A stretch of DNA of 60,598 nt, the filler included, from Squatina squatina (taxonomy: Eukaryota), in assembly GCA_031763465.1 (NCBI GenBank). It is 4 parts of 4 records of this genome, joined end to end, with 100 filler letters (N's around TTAATTAATTAA, not from the genome) between each part and the next. Parts side by side here need not be neighbours in the genome. Positions count along the whole stretch, not along the records: positions 47,176 to 60,598 come from JARFOE010855184.1; 3 more parts are not named here. One strand, written 5' to 3'. Below, in pieces: positions 47,076 through 59,479 of this stretch. The notes below the pieces were generated by a model, which saw nothing but the letters and a program-made list of their open reading frames with translations, did no database searches and was not told the origin of the DNA. Each line of letters starts with the position of its first letter. Position 1 is the first letter of the stretch. The translations under genes and the position numbers were made by a program.

Positions 47076-47175
47076 NNNNNNNNNNNNNNNNNNNNNNNNN
47101 NNNNNNNNNNNNNNNNNNNTTAATTAATTAANNNNNNNNNNNNNNNNNNNNNNNNNNNNNNNNNNNNNNNNNNNN
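47076..47175. other. Artificial scaffold-joining linker
   Basis: N44-TTAATTAATTAA-N44. Confidence 0.97.
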
Positions 47176-48163
47176 AATCAAATTCCTTCCCCCATCTCCT
47201 TGTTTGTATTTGCATGTGCCTGCCTTTCCTTGAATCTGTCTCTCTGTATATCTATCGATTTCAGTCTATTTTCTGTCTTATTGCATCAAGTATTTTTTTT
47301 TATTTCCGTCTGTCATCCATTTTATTCTATTTTTATGCCCCACTTTGCTTTCTCTCTCTCTTACTTTGTCTTACTCTGTATCGCTATGTGGTACATGGCT
47401 TCAGACACTGTTATTGAAAGGAGTGTGAATATCACGCCCGTCATGCCTGTGTTGGCTCCTTGACAGAGCAATCCAATTTGTTCCACTACTCTGCTCTTTC
47501 CCCATTACCTGCAATGTGCTTTCCTTCAAGTATTTCCGCAATTTGCTTTTGAATATTATCACTGCATTAGCCTCCAACATTCTTTCAGGCAGTGCATTCC
47601 AGTTCAGAAGACTCGCTGGATAATAAAGCTTTTTCTCTTCTGCATTGTCTCTTTTGACAATTACCTTAATTTTCTCCTGTCTGACTCTGCCGTATTTGCC
47701 TCCACTTTCCATTTCTCCCACACTCACAGGGGCTCATTCTCTCATCTGTGTCTATCACTATTTTTTTAACTGTCCACCACGTCTTCAAATCTTTTTCCCT
47801 CATTCTGTCTCCCTCTGACTATTGTCGAGTCTCTATATGGAACACTTCCTGTTTCCTCCTTCTTTCTGTTTGTCTCTTCGTCTCAGACGAGCGGGATGGT
47901 ACGGAGACACTCTCATTCTGTTTCTCTTTTTTTCATTACCTTTCATTCAATAACTAGCCTTATCTCTCTAGAGCTTCTCCTATTTGCTTCTATTGTATTT
48001 CCTTTTCTCCCTTCCTGTCTCACAAATTCCAGCTCTTGCGTGTCTATCTCCTGTGTATCACTTCTCCCTTTATTTATCTCGCAGATCATTATTTTTTCTT
48101 ATTTGATCTCTCGTGTTGTGTGCCTTTGTCTCTGTGTTCTGCCTCCTCACTTCTTCATGTTTG

Positions 48164-48165
<2 letters not shown>

Positions 48166-48202
<37 letters not shown>
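48166..48202. repeat. (CT)n microsatellite within a long pyrimidine-rich tract
   Basis: About 18 CT units; strong C/T skew over 47180-48400. Confidence 0.9.
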
Positions 48203-48206
<4 letters not shown>

Positions 48207-49934
48207 TCTCTTTACCTCTCTCTCTCTTTGCACCTCCTTTTTTCCATCCTCAGCCTAACGCTGTGTTTGTTCTGTCTCCATTTTTCCACCTGTGACTTTC
48301 TTTATCTTTCTCTGTCTCTCATCTTCTCCATTGCTCTCTCACTCCACGTCTCATCTATCTCAATGTCTCCATTTATCATTCCTCTCATTCATCCCTATCT
48401 TTAACTGTATTTAAAATTAACTTTAGGTATTTGTTCCCTCGCAATTTACCTGCATGACTCATTATTGCACATCATTCAAAATTAACATTTTACTGATAAT
48501 AAAAGGCTTAACACTAAAGCAAAATCAGTAATTCAATACAAAACAGCATTTTCATCTGCTCAGACAAACAGTGTTTGCTTTTCTTCATTAAAATATTTGC
48601 CCGTACATCCATCGCCACACTTCAGCAGCAATGCATTGTGTAAATTGTTTTGATATAAATTAATTTAAAGGCATTTTACAAATAAATGTTGCATTTGCAG
48701 TGTAGAAAATGTTCCACTTCTTTATTATTGACTCTTTTCTTATTTAACAATATAAATTGCTTTACGTTCCTCACACAGATTAAACTCTTCATTCCCCACA
48801 ATTTCCCATGTGATCTTTCTGTCTTCTAGTGTGAAGGCAGAAACAAAAAAACAATATTTTTTTAAGCAGCCTATCTTTTGATTTCCCCTTTAATCCGTAT
48901 TACACCTGAATAACTTCCCTCTGCCAATCTCAGTTTATTTCTCCATTTATCTTACCATTTAACTATACTTTCTCCTGCTCACAATCTCCCTCTTTCTTTC
49001 AATCTGTCTTGTACGTTTGGTTTTAAAAATATATACAGCACGATGTCTGACTCATGATTTCCATGTGTATTTTCCCTCTTTTTTCTCTGTTTCCATTTTT
49101 CTCCATCTCATCCTTTGCCAGTTTCACTTACAGCTTTCTCAGTATTTCTGCCCCTTTTAAATTCTCACTCACTCCCTCTTTCTGTCATTGTGCTTCCTTA
49201 CTTTTCACTTTATTCCATTTATCCATTTCAAAATTTGCATCGTAACTCTGTGCTCGAATATATACTTCGATTTGACTCTTGCTTTTGTTATTTCCATTAA
49301 CTTGCTCCCTCTGCCAATATGCGATCTGCATTCAATTTCACTGTGTTTATCTCTCACTTTACTTTCTGCCTCTCCTTTTTTACATCTTAGTTCTGACATC
49401 TGCTTTTCTCTCTACTTAGGACTCTCTAATGTTCTCTTTCCACTTACTTCCAGATGTATGTTAATCCAAATGTAACGCATTCTTCCTTTCTTTGATTTCT
49501 ATATTTATCGAGTTTCTACATCTCAATCAATCTATCTGTTATATATCTATCTATCTGTTTAATGGTTCTCAATCTCTGTCTCTCTATGTCGTTCTATATT
49601 TCTATTCATTGCTCCCATTCAATTCAAGCACACTGCAGATACTGTGATTGGCAGGTCTGTACACATTGATGTTGGTGCACAGAGACCATTTCGTGGAAGC
49701 CCAGCTGAGCTCTTTAGTGCCAGCCCGTGGAGAAATAATTCATGTGTCTCCTGCAGAACAAGTACCGCCTCCAAACATCAGAATATCATTGTAACATAAT
49801 TGAATGAGATTTAATAACATTTCAGGGCTCTACCCCGCTCATAAACAAATGGACTTTCAGCGCAAGGGTGAGAGTAGGAAATATGGGATTAAATGGGATT
49901 TTTTTGTCGTTCTTCATCTCTACAGCTCATTCTG

Positions 49935-50833
49935 TTATTTAACCAATTTACCAATTAGATTGATTCGGTATTTCACCAAGTTTTTCTGCTCAGCTCTGAG
50001 TTGAGTCTGTGTCAGGACATAAATTCACGTGTTGTTGCAGGAACTGATAATTTGAAGCATTCGTGCTGTGGATTCTGTGATACAAAAAGGATCGGTGGCA
50101 GAGTAAGTATAAATATTTTTAATTCGCTGATAGATCTGAACTATAACCCGTTTCAGCCAGAATAGTATAAAACTGCTGGTTATACTGACGAGTAAAATGA
50201 TGGATTTCCTTCGGTTCTCCAGCTCTGCGACCTTGTGATTATTCACATTGCTGCGGCCCCGGTGTCTCCTGCGGACGCAAGTGGCAGCGAACATACGTCT
50301 GACGGTCAGAACATTGAGCAGCAAGATCAGAAAGAACAGGACACAAGGCGTAAAAATGAGATGAAACAACGCCCATGAGGCCCATGATGGGGATGAAATG
50401 AAGCTCGGTTTCTATCCACATTCCAAGGGAACGTTATCAATTATAGATGTAGGTTCCTGTATCAAGTACCAGGGGACAGTTCCTAAGCAGCCCACCACAC
50501 TTACTGTTTCGATAACCACAGCTACCGTTTTCTCCGTGCAATATTTTGTTTTCAACGTCTCACAACAAATGGCTACAAATCGATCAAGGGTGAAAGCGAC
50601 TGTGAGCGAGACAGAAACCATCGTGGTTGCAAAAACCAGGCAGAAATTAAAAGTATACACGGGAGTAATGCTCAGGAAAGAATTTGGGAAATAAATTGCG
50701 CCAATCCCCCGCAATATTGGATCAGTGAGGTCGACGAGGAGATTGGCCGCTGCCATTTCCAGCAGGTAGTGACAGATACATTTGGAGAGACCGCCCTTTC
50801 CTTCGAACATGATCTCAATCGCCACTACTTTAG
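49935..50833 (-). pseudogene. GPR139/GPR142-like class A GPCR main exon, pseudogene
   Basis: cttacag|AKVVAI...GGLSKCICHYLLEMAAANLL...LTVAFTLDRFVAICCETLKTKYCTEKT...LNVLTVRR...ENRRKSIILL...SSCNNT*IYVLTQTQLR; one frame with in-frame stops at 50412 (TAG) and 50025 (TGA). Confidence 0.85.
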
Positions 50834-51569
50834 CTGTAAGAGAGAGCAAAGTAAGCAGAAAAAACATAGCTGGACCAAAAGCAGCAGTTTGAAATTTCCA
50901 GCTTTGTCACTGCATCGAACAAAGGAAACTGATTCAGTAACGTGCGCCTGGGCAGCGCTTTCAGGCAGAGACATGTCTTGAATGCAATTATCAACAAAGA
51001 TTTGGGAGAGCGACACAGAAAGTGAATAAAGTGAGCACTGGGTTTATTGGAATGACCAATGGAGGGCGCAGTGCCGGTTGTGATGGGAGAGTGGCTTTTT
51101 ACAGACCGTGAATCCTGAGGCTGAATACAGGATTTGCAATCCAGACAGAGGATGAAAGAGAAAGAAAGACGGGTGAAGTTGCAGCTTGTTTGTAACGTGT
51201 TCTGTAAATCTACACAACAAATACTATAAATATTACATTCAAATGCATTAAAAAATGAACCTTGATTTTGTTGAATTAAGTTGACACCGAGTTTGTAAAA
51301 TACAATGTCTGAACAATATACGACCAAGAAATGCCTGTTTACATCTTTCCATGCCTTTGCATTATCCTGCTTTCTTCAGTCAATTAAAATGAATGTTAAT
51401 CGAATCACACTGGAGACCTGCTTTGGATACGATAAAACTCTCACAATCGGACAACATTCTAACGTCACCTTCCAGGCTCATTTCTTTATCATAATTGTAC
51501 TGGAATTTTCAGCAGTTCACTCCATGGTATTATTCATACAGATGTCTGTCTGTCTCTCTCTCTCTCTCA

Positions 51570-53180
51570 TTACAGCTGAACAGAGCCAATCACTTCTCCG
51601 ATTTCCAAAGGCTAATCCAAAGACAGGCACTTCGCCACCAGTCATGATGCCCAGCAATATCACGACACTTTCCTCTGGGTCTGACATCTCCCTGAAAGTG
51701 GCGACTCCCCTGTCAGTCATGGCACGCACTCGAGCATTGTGTGCGATCTTACCCTATATTTAATTGGGAAATTAAAAAGAAAGTAAACATTGGGTATTTT
51801 AAAATCAGGGAACAAAAATCTGATGTCCGTGTTGAAGGAGCTGGTGACGGTTTGGAGACAGGGTATAATTAACTCATTGAAATTTCACACCTTAATTCTG
51901 TGAAACTGAGGTGAATGTTTCCAAGGCCTTTTAATACCACAAGCAACTGCAGTAAATCTAAACATTTTCGGACGACCTCCTGTGCATTGATTCTAAAGCC
52001 CTTTCTTGAAACCAAGCAAATCATAGAAAATAAAACTAAGTGTGACGACCTCATGACCAAGCTTGAATAAAGTCAGTTCACAGCAGATGTGCAAACAAAC
52101 ATGTTTGAAAGAAACACTTTAACTAACTTTAAAGGGTAACATTGAAGCTTGTAATTAATAGACAAACCCATGCAGATCGCAGTAAAATATTCAATCTTTT
52201 GGGACACTGCTCCCCTGTCCGTTGAATGGGGGAGTTCACACTATTGGCTAAAGTGACTTCCGCCCATGTGTGTCTTTGTCCTTTGTGTGGACCTTTTGAC
52301 TTTGCGATTCCAATGAGCCGCAGAGGATTTGCCTCAAACTCATTGAGGAGTGTGATTATGACATCATCTGTGAAATTCTGCGCTCTCTTCTGCATGACTG
52401 TAATTTTTGGTCCTTCCAATTCACTTTGTCCTTTAACTAAAATTATACATTTTTTTTCAAAGTTTTTAAAACATTTTTAATTTTTATTTTAATCTAATTA
52501 AGTTACTTAAAAATGTTATATCTGTGAAAGCATTTAAAATGTTATGATCATTACAAAGTTTAAAAACAATCTGAAAGACAATGTAAAGAAGGAGCCCTAA
52601 CCTTTCACTCTCCTCTGCTTTCAATGCTGAAGTCTGTGAGGAGTTTAAAAAACGGGGCGTGGTATATGCTAGTTAGAGATTTTGCCTGTTTTGTGGGCGG
52701 GTCCTGGGCAAGGTGAAGCCAAACGCTTTGCAAGTTTTTTTTTTTCACAACGAGTTCGCAAATCACAGTGGGTGGATGGACTAAAGGTAATTTCACAACT
52801 TTATTCACGATCAGTGGCCGACGTACCCCAAATGCCTCCAATCACAATTTCAGGCTCATCATTTCCGGGTTTAGAAAGCTCCAGTCCAGGTGCTTGTTTA
52901 ATATTGCTTGACGACCAATTAACCCGGTCGTCATCTCCTCGGGGATATCCTCTAACTTGCTCGGTGTATGGGGAGATTAGGCCCGGCTCTCTGGTAGCTT
53001 GCATCCCAGGAATCGTCAATAACCCTCTGAGTTCTGGAACTGGGGTAGTGCCAATAATTAATGGTTTTATCTCGCCATCTGAAATGCAGCTCAGACCTGT
53101 TGGTAGTAATCGAGACAGGCACTGCGAGTTATTGCATCTTATTCATGTTTAATCAGAGAAAAACCCGCAGATATAGCTCA
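51570..53180 (-). repeat. Left arm of a ~1.6 kb diverged inverted duplication (right arm ~55540-57103)
   Basis: For example CTGACATCTCCCTGAAAGTGG (near 51681) is the reverse complement of sequence near 56975, and CTGGAACTGGGGTAG (near 53033) of sequence near 55666. Confidence 0.85.
51574..52419 (-). CDS. Harbinger-derived Myb/SANT protein, two exons (52168-52419 and 51574-51753)
   Basis: KRAQNFTDDVIITLLNEFEAN...TWAEVT...QRTGEQCPKRLNILLRSAW|gt...tatag|GKIAHNARVRAMTDRGVATFREMSDPEE; no stops; first codon TTG, in-frame ATG at 52395. Confidence 0.55.
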
Positions 53181-53607
53181 GTGGTTACTTTGCAACAACA
53201 ACTTTATTAGAAGTTCGACTTTGTCTCATCGTGTGCATTGCCGGGTGTTGATAATGGCATTTTCAATCCCCTCATTTTTCAATCGAAATCAATTGCAGCC
53301 GTGTATTTAAGCCAGCAGAGAAAGAATTTTAGAGGGCACCAGTAAATGGTGCAAAATTCAATCCCATGACATCAGCATCCAGAGTTCAACTCACAGTTGG
53401 GGAAGTAATTTTGATAACACCTTGCTTAGCTAGAGTGAAATAATTGTATTAAATTGCATTAATGTCCAAAAGCACTCCACATTGGTTTGAAAAGGAGTGA
53501 AATTTGAAGCCACATCCCAATCAGAAACATTGCTTGGAAGGTGGTGCCTTACACCGCTTAGCCATCCTGAGCAAAATGTTTCCACTGCAACTCAGCACTT
53601 CCCACAT

Positions 53608-53900
53608 TTAGAACGTTCCAGTCCGGGCAATTGTTCATTGTTGCTGGGAAACACAGTCGACGAGATATCATCTCCCCGGGGTTTTCCTGTGTCTGTGCTC
53701 GTTGTATAGGGAGCTTGGACCAGTGTCCTTGGTAGCTTGAATTCCATGGATGGATACTAATCCTCTGAGCTCTGGATCTGGGGAAAAACGAATAACTAAG
53801 GGTGTTGGTACAGGGTCTGAAATTAGGCTTAGATCTGCTGTATTAACCGAGGCAGGGGCAGCGAATCATTGAATTCTGTTTATGTTTAGTCACTGGAATC
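53608..53900. repeat. Third copy of the ~290 bp unit found at 52870-53160 and inverted at 55555-55850
   Basis: Shared TTAGAA...TCCAGTCC, TCATCTCC.CGGGG, TGGTAGCTTG, CTCTGAG.TCTGGA.CTGGGG and TCTGAAAT..GGCTTAGATCTG. Confidence 0.8.
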
Positions 53901-56318
53901 TCCGTAGTCAAGAGGTCTAAAGAGCGAAGAACTGGAAAAATAACCGAAGAAAAGTTAAGGCATGTGAGCAATTGCGTTGAACTGTCAATGTGTTTCCTGG
54001 TCATTTAGTGGTCAGCCGTTTAGCAATGTATCAGTGACAGAAAGTAAATACTTGAATTTAAATATTTTAATTGATCACTTTTAACTAATCAATCTACGAA
54101 GGTTTGAGGTTGGGGAGTCGGGATGGAATTTATCACGAATTATTAACCATAGGCCTTGTTTTGTTGAATGATTGAACTTGTTAACGGAGGGACACTCAGA
54201 AATTTCAGTGATTGAACTGTAATAATTGGTGAACCTTTAATGATTGCTAATGTTTTATAGCCTGCCTGATTTTAGACGCTCTGCACTTTATGACACTGGT
54301 ATAAACTTTTCATTGTTCGTGAGTTAAATAACCTGGGAATAAATAAGTTTCATTTATTTCACAGAAAATAAAAAAAGTTTGTCTTATATTTCTATGAATC
54401 GAACGCTGTTAGCTTGCAATTATACGGTCAACATGATAACACCAACAATACGAAAGCCTCAGTTTAGCTACATACTTGGAATTAAGTATTCAGTGAGATG
54501 CTGAAAACCTCAACCTGCCTTCCTTCAAACTCTGAAAAAGAATTCGTCTGCGTAAGTACAGTCCAGCTGCACAGGTTAAATATCTGGCAATGTTCTTTTA
54601 AAAATCTCTTGTCGTAGCGCTTCCACAGTGTTTTACATGTTTCACATTCTTTTTACATCTGAAAATCAAATTTGAGGCAAAGTATGGAGATGGATTGGGA
54701 ATTGAGAGTAAGGATAATTGGTATTTTCTCTAATTAACAGGATTTGACGAGTCCTATCCCTCAGAGATCTGTAATGAGGCCTCAGATTTTCTCTATATTT
54801 ATAAATCAGTACGTAGGGTGGAAACAGAACATTGCAAAGGGACAATGAGTGATCGCAAAACCATAGGCATCTGACACAGAAGAATCAGGGGGCGGGAATT
54901 CGGGAGTACAATGATGTTGGAGGAATATTTTTGAATCATGTTGATGTGGTTTATTGCAAAAAAAAAGTGATTCAGAATTTCAGGTTCTGGCTGAAGAATT
55001 CTTCTGGGTGCTTTGCTAAGCAGTGGTTTCTCTAGTTTAGCAGTGAGCACATTTGCCTCATGCGTGAAGGTTCCCTGGATGGAGCCCGAGTGGAAAGAAT
55101 AATATGTAAGATAACTTTGCTGTGAAGTAATTCTTAAAAAAGAAATCCCAGGTTCCTTGTGTTTTGTGCCAGAACACTTTGTTCCAAAAGAATAAATTAC
55201 ACAATATACATTCACACAGGGCATCAAAATTCAGCACTGATTTAAGGCAGGTACAATTAGTATAGGCTTGGTGAAGTTTCTATCTGTGACCCGGTGAACA
55301 TTTTAGCGTGTTGATCATTCTGTTAAAGAAGGCTATTGGTTAATGAATGGTGATGAATCTTTGAAACCCACAGAGTTTAATTAGTTACATGTGATCATTT
55401 TTAAACTTTTGAATTCAAAATTATTTTCGAGAGTGGCTGAACCGTAAACGACCGAAAACACAAGAGAGATCATCGCAATTGCTCATAGTTATCGTCTTAT
55501 TTCAGCTGGTTTTGATCATCTCTTCGTCCTTTTCAGCTGCTGACTGTGGATATTGCTGTGGATAAAAATGAAGAAAATGCAATGATGCGCAGTCGCTGCC
55601 TCGATTACTAGCAACAGATCTAAGCCGCATTTCAGACGAGGAAGCAAAATCATTAATTATTCGCCCTACCCCAGTTCCAGAGCTCAGCGGGTTATTATCC
55701 TTTCCTGGCATGCAAGCTACAACACAGCCGGGCCGAACCTCCCAATACACCGAACACGGGTACAGGAAATCCCCGAGAAAATGATGTCCCGGTCACAGGG
55801 TTGCCGAGCTTCATTGAAAAATCGCCCAGAATGAAACTTTCTAAATGCAGAAATGATGGTCCTGAAATTCTGATTGGAGACCTTTAGCGTGCATAAGCCC
55901 CCGACCGTGAAAAAATTTACAAAGCTACCTTTCGTCCTTTCACTGACGGAGTTTTGCGACGTCGATGTAAAAAACAAACCTGGGCCGTGTTGACATCACA
56001 CTGCCCAGGAGCACAGAGTGTGCGAAGCAAGGAGCCATCTGGACCCACCCACAAAAGCTGTCAACATCTCAGCAGAGACCACGCCCCCATTTTTTAATAA
56101 TTGCCCATAGATTTCAGCATTGAATGTACAGGAGATGGAAAGCTAAGGGGTTTTTCTTTAATTGCTTGCAGCTTTTAAACTTTGTAATTTTTATAACATT
56201 CTAAAGGCTTTCACAGATACGTGGTGTTTAAAGAATTTAACAAGATTTTAAGTAATGTAAAATTGTTTTAAAAACTTTGAAATAATTTTGTATAATCTTA
56301 ATTGAAGAGCAAAGAGAA

Positions 56319-56569
56319 ATGGAAGGATCAAAAATTGTCCTCATGCACAAGAGAGCGCAGAATGTCACAGATGATGACTGAACCACAATCCTCAATGAGA
56401 TTGAGGCAAAGTGCCTGCCGCAAATTGGACCACAAAGTCAAAAGCCCCACATAAAGGCCAAATGAGCCCATGGACTGAAGTCGCTTTTGCCATTAGTGCG
56501 AACTCCACCATTCAACGGACGGGAGAGCAGTTTCGGAACAAAATGAATGTTTTAGTACGATCTGGAAGG
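56319..56569 (+). pseudogene. Myb/SANT exon 1 of the Harbinger element, disrupted
   Basis: MEGSKIVLMHKRAQNVTDDD*, then a 1-nt deletion relative to the 52168-52419 copy; ends WTEVAFAISANSTIQRTGEQFRNKMNVL. Confidence 0.75.
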
Positions 56570-58482
56570 GTTTATATATTAATTATAAGTTTCACTGTTA
56601 ACGTTCAAAGAAATTACAAGTGTTACATTCAAAAATGGTTATTTGCAGATCCGCTGTGAACTGACTTCATTCTCGGCTCGTCAGAAATGTTTTGGTTTAT
56701 CACTTGTTTGGGCTCAAGAAACGGCTTTATAGTCAATGCTCTGGAGGTCGCCGGAAATTTTTATGGTTTCATTGCAGTTGCTTGTGAACCTAAGCGGCCA
56801 GGTAAACAATCACCTCAGGTTCACAGAATTAGTTCACTTTAACCTGTCTCCAAAGTGTCACACGCTCTGTCTGCAAGGCCATTAGATTGCTGTTCCCTGA
56901 TATTAAAATACCCGAGGTTTAATTACTTTTTTCTTTCTCAATCGAGAGCGTGCTGTGACGTGCGATGGAGTCACCACTTTCAGGGAGATGTCAGAGCCAG
57001 AGGAAAGCGCGATGATGTTGCTGGGTCTCAATACTGGTGGAGATGTGCAAGCTTTGATTTAGTCATTAGAAACCGGTGAAGTGATCGCCTCTGCCCAGCT
57101 GTAAAATTATAACTGTAAGCTGTTCACAGAATATTAGCCTCTGTGCTGTGACAGATCATGCTTCACCATTGCAAGTGTTATCTATTTCCTGATTCCTTTT
57201 CACTGGTGTACAAATGTCATCAGGCACAGTTGACAAACAGGTCTGTCACTCTGTGTCTGAAGAGGTTACTGCAGAATGGGCCTCAGAAGCGCCTGTACAA
57301 AGAGAGAATGAAGGGGTGCAGATGGAAGAGGAGGAGGATTTGGTGCTGGATCAGGTAGTGTAAGGCGAAGGTACTGACCCTCTGTTTTGCCACACTACCT
57401 CTGCTTTATCTGGCATCTCTAGCTGTGTGCAAGGCACATATGAGTGTGGTTACACAGACGTACACCAACCTGACAATGTAAAGGAGGTGAGCGAAGCACC
57501 AAATCTCAAACTGAGCACAATTACAATGCAACTCGGGCAGAAGAAATTTAATCTGTGAATCAAGAGATATGAACAATGAGTAAGAATAAATTAACCAGTC
57601 TTGACTGTATTGGTAAGGTGATTGAAGCCAATCATGAAGAACTTCAACAAATTAACTTCCATCTCAATAAGATGAATGAGACTTTCATCCAAATGCTTCA
57701 AGTTATGGCAGCAGGTTTTACTGCCATTAATTTGCTGCTTGTTGAACGGCTATGTCTGCTCCCAGTGCACACCACCTCTAGGCCCACGATGCAGTAGCTT
57801 TGGCAGTGAAACCAACATCAATATTTGGCATTCAACAGGAGCAACACTGCAACAAGGCAAATGATCAACAGCAAAACAGTGTGCCTTCAGCTGACATGGT
57901 AAGGACCCGGTCACAGGAAAGGCGAAAGTACAGGAGACAAAGAGGGTACCATTGTTCCCACAATCCACCTCCTTCACTCCTTAGGCACAGATGCGAGGAG
58001 CAATGCGTGCAAAATCTTTGTTCATTTCACAATCATAGTCCGTATACACGTTAAACTCATTAAGTATTTTCACGAACAGTCAATATAACGTTACAAGGGT
58101 TAAAAAGTAGAGAATAGCTAGCTTGCAGTAGTTTATCACACGAAGAAACAACATTTTCACATTTGTGTCTTTACAATGTAGTAAATACCCAGCTAATATG
58201 GTGATTGTAATACTGTCCTGATAAATTGAAAAATTCACTTTAATCTGTTTATTTTTTTTTGTTTACAAAGTAGTAAGAAGCTAGTTAACGTGCTGATTGT
58301 AATACTGCTCTGACAAAGTGAAAACCTGACTTTACCCGATTAATTTGTTTTGTTTACAAAGCAGCAAATGATTACATAAGTGTTTTAACTTGACGATGGA
58401 AGATCAGTAAAGTACATCAAAAATGTCTTTCAAACTGCAAAAAAGTTCAATGTAGCTCTTTAATTAGAGTGTGTGTTCTTTT

Positions 58483-59171
58483 CTATACTTTGCTGGGGTG
58501 AGGAAGGGAAGAGGCATCATTATTTGTAATGGTATCGGGCACTAGTTGTTCGCTCACAGCTCTGCTTCGAGTTGGAGTAGCCTCTTCTCCATCACGTCGT
58601 GCCACAGGGGCATTGGGATCATCAGTTTCCTCCATTTCAAAAGAGAGCTCATCTGCAGGGTTAAACTTCAATCCTTCCACAGGGCAAAGTTGTGCAAAGT
58701 TGTATAAATCTATGGCCATCTCCTTTTGTTTTTGATGAGACAAGTCAAAGTATATGAATTCTGAGATTTACACAGTATGTCATCTGTGAGCTGATGAATG
58801 CAGGATCTGGCAGCAGTCTGTCTGATGCTTGAAATGTTAACAGTCCCTGCCTGAAATCAGCCGGATGCAAATACGTTCAATGCTGCAGTCACCAATTGAC
58901 AAGGCAGTAACAGTCTTTGAGCTTGTTTCAAAGTCATCCTTTTACATATCACAAAGTTTGCCGTTTGCCTTTTTAGTAATGCAAAGCCTCCTCACGCACA
59001 ACACCCCTGATATGATTTCAAAATAAAGCCTCTGCCTGCACACTCTCTGGCGTGGGTCTTCATGCTTCCGGATCAGGCGAATTTGGTGCTTCCTCAATCA
59101 TCGTTGTTGTTCCCTGGCGCTGCCCATTCCATTTATCAGAAGCAAACAGAGGAGTGGGATATAATCACCAT
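58483..59171 (-). pseudogene. HARBI1-like transposase pseudogene lacking the DDE core
   Basis: RVCRQR...CVRRL...VTAALNVFASG*FQAGT...SCIHQLTD...MAIDLYNFAQLCPVEG joined directly to an acidic C-terminal tail; contains stops and frameshifts. Confidence 0.78.
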
Positions 59172-59479
59172 TTCGCCTATTTCCCCCCACAGGCTCCCTC
59201 TTGAAATAGATGCAGGGCGGGTATAACAAAAATGGAAAGAGTTGTAAAAGTTATTTTAGTAAATTGAAGGTAGAAATTCACGATGGGCAGTGGAGCGAAA
59301 CGGGTGGTATCGGATCACCACCCATACTGCCCACCTGATAAATTTCAGGGGCAAGATGAACTTCTAAGTATGTTTAAAAAAACTTTTAAAATGTCCTAGA
59401 TTAGAAATTGTGAAATTCCCACCAGTCTGAACAAAAACTCAACTTTATTGCAACTCTCTGCGATCTGTCCCAGAACCAA

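Larger units (their letters stand above)
55857..59353. mobile_element. Internally deleted PIF/Harbinger transposon (~3.5 kb) with convergent Myb/SANT (+) and HARBI1 (-) pseudogenes
   Basis: Termini TGGTCCTGAAATT / AATTTCAGGGGCA match at 11 of 13 bases as inverted repeats; both internal genes are recognisable. Confidence 0.75.

Noticed and set aside
47200-49475. Several hydrophobic ORFs resembling membrane proteins
   Set aside because: They arise from C/T-rich low-complexity sequence and have no recognisable motifs.
54799-55227. 142-aa ORF as the missing GPCR first exon
   Set aside because: It lacks the YYP...GVP-type TM1 motif and has no suitable phase-1 donor.
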